A DNA stretch of 20,484 nt from Thecamonas trahens ATCC 50062 (Eukaryota > Protista > Apusomonadida). The stretch lies in the NCBI RefSeq assembly GCF_000142905.1, contig NW_013657614.1, forward strand, positions 164,495 through 184,978, written 5' to 3'. The position numbers and the translations under genes are program-made. Positions 16,205 through 20,484 of this stretch are shown here, piece after piece. How positions within the stretch are numbered: position 1 is the first letter of the stretch; every line of letters starts with the position of its first letter. Under the pieces are notes generated by a model, which saw only the letters and a program-made list of their open reading frames with translations, was not told where the DNA came from and searched no databases.

Positions 16205-17477
16205 ATGGCTGCGGCTGGCGGCGCTGGACTTGTTGCGGGTGACTACGAGAACGACCACAGTGGGGGCGGGCATGGGGACGATTACGGGAATGGAGCTGGT
16301 GACATGGACGATGTAGGGTTAGGCATGGACGATGCTGAGTATGAGGATGATTATGAGTTCTCGTCAGTCTCATCGCTGTCGGATGCGTCGCAGATGGAGC
16401 TGGAGGATATGGCCGAGCTCGTCATCCTCACCTGTGTCGCAGGCGATGCCCGTCTGCTGGCAAAGGTCCTGGTGACCGAGAAAGGTGGTCAGCTCGATCT
16501 GGATGGCGTGACGTCGGCCGACGGTGACACGCCTATGGTGCTGGCGTGTCATGGCGGGCACGTTGATGTGGTTGCTGTCTTGCTCGCGGCAGGCGCCAGT
16601 CCGGACGCAGAGGCTCCGTCCGAGGAGATCCCCATCCTGGTTGCCATCGAGGAGAGTCATCTAGACGTTGTCGAGCTGCTCTTGGACTCAGGCGCGCTAC
16701 ACGTCAACACCGGCGGTGCATACGATGCGCTCGACTGCGTCATCACCGCTCTCGACGCCGGCGATCCAACCGTGGTTGGCGCGCTGGCCGAGGCCGGCGC
16801 CCAGCTCGGCGGTCACTTTCTGGCCGCCATCGAGATGGGCGACGATGAGGTTGTCGAATTGCTACTGGCGGTCGACCAGTTTGCGCCGGCCCGCATCGAG
16901 GATCCACAGGGCCGCGGACCCATCGAGTTGGCGGTCGCGGCAGGCAACGCGTCGACCCTGCTGCTCCTTGCCAACTCGCAACTCTTCCCGTCGTGCATCA
17001 TCTCGCTCGACACTTCGGGCTTGATCAACCCGCAGCGTATCATCAGCGCCATTGAGCACCCAGAGTTGGCTTCGCTCTTTGAGCACCAGTACAGTGAGGC
17101 AGAGCAGACGCTCGACATTGCCTACCACAACCCGGCTATTCCTTTCCCACTTCCGCTCTCGTCCTCGCACTCTTCAATGCTGTCGCAGCCGTCCTCGCCG
17201 CGCGGGCGCAAAGTCCAGTTTGCCGACGGCCACTCGATTATGAACGATGTCCTCGACGCCGAGTCGAGCGACATGCTCTCCGACGACGACAACCAGAAGA
17301 TCTTCACCTCGCTGCCCGAAATTGCGTCTGACGCCTTTGGCCTCCCGCCGCCCATGCCCGACACCGTGGCCAAGGCCGAGGAGCTAGCGGCGACGTCGGC
17401 CAAAGCCGAGGCCGACGCGCGTCGCCGAGCCAAGGCCAAGCAAGCGCCCCGCTGCCGCACGCGCCGAGGCCAAGCTC
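16205..17477 (+). CDS. Ankyrin-repeat protein, 5' part (acidic N-terminus, several ankyrin repeats, RVxF motif, start of Ala/Glu/Arg helix); continues into the gap
   Basis: Ankyrin consensus segments DGDTPMVLACHGGHVDVVAVLLAAGASPD, IPILVAIEESHLDVVELLLDSGA, QGRGPIELAVAAGNASTLLLL. Codon usage is typical of coding DNA. Apparent +1 shift near 17447-17450. Confidence 0.85.
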
Positions 17478-17763
17478 NNNNNNNNNNNNNNNNNNNNNNN
17501 NNNNNNNNNNNNNNNNNNNNNNNNNNNNNNNNNNNNNNNNNNNNNNNNNNNNNNNNNNNNNNNNNNNNNNNNNNNNNNNNNNNNNNNNNNNNNNNNNNNN
17601 NNNNNNNNNNNNNNNNNNNNNNNNNNNNNNNNNNNNNNNNNNNNNNNNNNNNNNNNNNNNNNNNNNNNNNNNNNNNNNNNNNNNNNNNNNNNNNNNNNNN
17701 NNNNNNNNNNNNNNNNNNNNNNNNNNNNNNNNNNNNNNNNNNNNNNNNNNNNNNNNNNNNNNN
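17478..17763. other. Assembly gap (286 N) within the repetitive Ala/Glu/Arg-coding region
   Basis: N run; both flanks encode AEA/ARA-type repeats. Confidence 0.99.
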
Positions 17764-17765
17764 CC

Positions 17766-20339
17766 GCGGAGCTCACGCCGCAAGCGGCCGAGGCCCGCGC
17801 AGCCGCAGAAGCCCATGCGCGCGAAGCCGCTGAGGCCCGCGCCATGGCTCTCATGGAGCGCCACGATCACGAGCTCGCGCAGCTTCACGCCCGCGCTCTG
17901 GCCGAGGCCCAGGCCCGTGCCGGCATCGAAGCCAAGCTCGAGCGCCTGGCAAGCCAGCAGCACGCCTCGCTCGTCGCTGCAGAGCAGCGTGCCACCGCAG
18001 AGGCCGAGGCCCGCCGCAATGCCGAGGAACGCGCACGCGCCGCGGCAGAGGAAAAAATCCGCGCTATCGCTATGGCTCAGGCCCGTGGCCGTGCGGAGGG
18101 GCGAATGTCGGCCCTGGCTGAAGCGGCTGAGGAGGAGGAGCGCCGCAAAGCCGCCGTTGCCGAGGCCGCTCTCAAAAAGGCCGCGCATGACCGGGTTATG
18201 GCCGCAAAGGCTGCGCGCGAGCAGCGCCTGGCCGCCGCAGACGCCGCCGCTGCTGCGCAAGTTCTCCCGCCTACCACAGACACCGCAGATGCCGCCTCAG
18301 TCGCCTCGTCCAGCCTCTCCCAGACATCACAGGGAAGCAAGCGCCTCGAGGCGCGAAAACGTGCCGCAGAGGCCAAGCAGACCGCGCTCGCCAGTGACCG
18401 CGACGCTCGCCACGACGAGCTGGTAGTCAAGCAGAGCGCCCGTGCTGCTGAGGTTAGACGGCGCAATGAGCGGGCAGCCCGAGTCGCCCGTGCCGCCGAG
18501 GCCAAGACAGTTGCTTGGGCCGACGGCGGCGATGAATCGCCCTCGCAGCGCAAGCCGCGGCCCAAGCCATCACGTACCGAGCGGACCCGACCGAGGCAGC
18601 CGGTCCGCCACGATTCGAGCGAAAGCGAGAGCGACGACGGCGGCGAAGACGTCCATGAGCTCACTGCCTACCTCACCGGCCAGCTCAACGCCCGACAGGA
18701 GATGGTCGACGAGCTGCAGAACAAGCTCGATCGGGCCCAGGAAATGGCTATGCTCGCTGCACGACGCAACGAGATGCTGCGCCGCAAGCTCGCCCGCCTC
18801 CGGCTCGGCGCTCCCATGGGCTCGGCCTTTGGCATGACCGCCATGCTTGGCTCCACGCTTGGCAACACCATGCTGCAGAGCGCCGCCAAGCAATCGACAG
18901 GCCTGCCGCCGTCAGCCTCCAGGATCGAGGCTGACTTGTCCAAACTCCGCGAGGAGAACAGGCTCCTTGTAGCCTCGATCAACAAGCTCCGCGGCGAGCC
19001 AGACGATGCTTCCATCAGCGATGTCGCCTCGGTCGTCTCGGCGCTGGCGCCAGACTGGAACGAGCCCCAGCGCGTCGATCTAGCGTTGCCGGGTTCCGAC
19101 AGCGGCGCCGATGATGGTGCCGACGACGCGTACTCGTACTATGACGAGGACGATGAGCACTTTGAAGGAGAACCTCCGACGCCATCAACCCGGGCGCCGC
19201 CGCGGGGTGAACGACGCAAACTGGTCAACCCGCGGCTGGAAAAGCAGCTGGCGGCAGCCAAGGCCGCGTCCCCGCAAGCTATTGCCGCCGCGCAGGCCAA
19301 GGAGCACCAGGCAGCAATGGCTGCTCGCGACGCTGCTGATGCTGCCGAAGCTGCTGCTGCCCAACAGGCTGCCGCCCAGCACCAACTCGCCGCCCAGCAG
19401 CAGCTACTACGCGAGCAGCAGGCCCAGATCGAGGCCCATCGAGCTCACATGCACCACATGCACCAAATGCACCAGCATCAACTTCACGCAATGTGGGGCC
19501 AGCTGCAGGCCCGTCCGCATCCGCAGGCTCTCCATCCCGGCTACGTACCGCCTGGCCACGCCCATCCGCCCCCAGGCTACGTCGCAGCTCCGGCCCCGTC
19601 CAGCGCGCCGCCGCCCACCGACCCCATGGGCCGCATCGGCGGCCCTGTGCAGCGGGTTGAAGTTGTACGCGGCTCCCGCACGTCGCGTCGCGAGAAGCGG
19701 GCGGCCAAGGCTGTCGCTCAAAAGCAGCAGCCGGCGTCCGCCGCTCCCCCCGCAGCCCCGGCACCCGCAGCCGCGGCACTCCCGGAACGAGAGGCGCTCA
19801 AACAGGCTGCTCTCGCTGCTGTAGTCGCGGAACGGCCCGAGCTCAAGGGCCTCACTCTCCACGAGCTCGAGCTCTTCCTCGCCTCACAGCTCCGCGATCC
19901 GTGGGAGGACGACTTTGAGGCCGAGATGCTGGCATCGTCACGCCGCCCGCGAAAGGGCGCGGCCCCGACGCGTCCGCCGCGCAAAAGCAGTAGTGCGCTG
20001 GCTGGCATGGCCGCCACCCGCGGCGAGTCGAATCCATTTGACGCTGCCAGTCCCGCCGTTCCCAGCCGACGAACTGATACCGCTGCTGCCTCGGTCTCGA
20101 CTCGCCGGCACGCCCGGCGAATGGACGCACTGAGCAAGCGACCGCCGCCGTCGCCGGTCATGACTCGGCGCGAACTGATGGACCACAACAAGCGCGAGCG
20201 CCAGGTGCGCAAAGCCCGCGTCCTCGCCTCAGTCAACACCACGCCTGGCCAACGAGGCCGAGGCCGTGGAAACCGGGCCACAAACCGCAGCCGTGGTCGC
20301 CAACCACGCCGCCGTGGTCGCGTCCGCGTCCAGCCGTAG
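17766..20339 (+). CDS. 3' part of the same ankyrin-repeat gene (probable): long A/E/R/K helical region, coiled coils, Q/H- and Pro-rich segments, basic Arg/Gly tail
   Basis: The frame of the 831-aa ORF is open back to the gap (AELTPQAAEARAAAEAHAREAAEARA-M...), so ATG 17844 is probably internal. Same composition on both sides of the gap. Stop TAG at 20337-20339. The join across the gap is inferred. Confidence 0.78.
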   Translation, partial: AELTPQAAEARAAAEAHAREAAEARAMALMERHDHELAQLHARALAEAQARAGIEAKLERLASQQHASLVAAEQRATAEAEARRNAEERARAAAEEKIRAIAMAQARGRAEGRMSALAEAAEEEERRKAAVAEAALKKAAHDRVMAAKAAREQRLAAADAAAAAQVLPPTTDTADAASVASSSLSQTSQGSKRLEARKRAAEAKQTALASDRDARHDELVVKQSARAAEVRRRNERAARVARAAEAKTVAWADGGDESPSQRKPRPKPSRTERTRPRQPVRHDSSESESDDGGEDVHELTAYLTGQLNARQEMVDELQNKLDRAQEMAMLAARRNEMLRRKLARLRLGAPMGSAFGMTAMLGSTLGNTMLQSAAKQSTGLPPSASRIEADLSKLREENRLLVASINKLRGEPDDASISDVASVVSALAPDWNEPQRVDLALPGSDSGADDGADDAYSYYDEDDEHFEGEPPTPSTRAPPRGERRKLVNPRLEKQLAAAKAASPQAIAAAQAKEHQAAMAARDAADAAEAAAAQQAAAQHQLAAQQQLLREQQAQIEAHRAHMHHMHQMHQHQLHAMWGQLQARPHPQALHPGYVPPGHAHPPPGYVAAPAPSSAPPPTDPMGRIGGPVQRVEVVRGSRTSRREKRAAKAVAQKQQPASAAPPAAPAPAAAALPEREALKQAALAAVVAERPELKGLTLHELELFLASQLRDPWEDDFEAEMLASSRRPRKGAAPTRPPRKSSSALAGMAATRGESNPFDAASPAVPSRRTDTAAASVSTRRHARRMDALSKRPPPSPVMTRRELMDHNKRERQVRKARVLASVNTTPGQRGRGRGNRATNRSRGRQPRRRGRVRVQP

Positions 20340-20364
20340 CCGAGATCAAGCCCAGCCCGACATC

Positions 20365-20390
20365 CCAAAGCTACACACCAAAGCTACACA
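20365..20390. repeat. 13-bp exact tandem duplication (CCAAAGCTACACA)x2 in the 3' flank
   Basis: Seen directly. Confidence 0.85.
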
Positions 20391-20484
20391 TCAGCCAGTC
20401 TGCATCCAACCAGCCAACCAAAACTGCTGCCGCTACCTCACCACATCAACTGCGCACGCCCACTACGCGCACCATATCCAGCCA

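Noticed and set aside
17844-20339. Independent gene starting at ATG 17844
   Set aside because: The frame is open and coding-like back to the gap, with no non-coding spacer visible, so it is more likely the continuation of the ankyrin gene.
1-20484. CRISPR arrays, transposons, tRNA/rRNA genes
   Set aside because: No repeat-spacer arrays, transposase/RT motifs, terminal repeats or cloverleaf/rRNA signatures seen.

Overview
GC-rich, gene-dense eukaryotic genomic DNA from a flagellated organism. The composition and low intron density suggest a protist such as an apusomonad, but this is an inference. The window holds four genes. (1) At the left edge, a 27-nt first exon (MCKHILNAT) of a probable CHY-type zinc-finger gene on the - strand, missed by the ORF track, whose intron runs off the window. 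(2) A ~13.7-kb single-ORF axonemal inner-arm dynein heavy chain (- strand) with DNAH6/IAD-5-class signatures, a long low-complexity N-terminal extension and several altered AAA2/AAA3/AAA4 motifs. (3) Head-to-head with it, a three-exon prefoldin subunit 5 gene (+ strand, 159 aa after splicing) with purine-rich introns that lack polypyrimidine tracts. (4) A large ankyrin-repeat/coiled-coil gene (+ strand, split by an assembly gap) with two PP1-docking RVxF-type motifs. The ~700-bp divergent intergenic region has poly-G tracts, microsatellites and several potential RNA structures. There are two N gaps. I found no tRNA, rRNA, CRISPR array or mobile element, and no clearly new system is proven. The best leads are the candidate PP1-targeting ankyrin protein, the divergent dynein motor, and the structured bidirectional promoter region.
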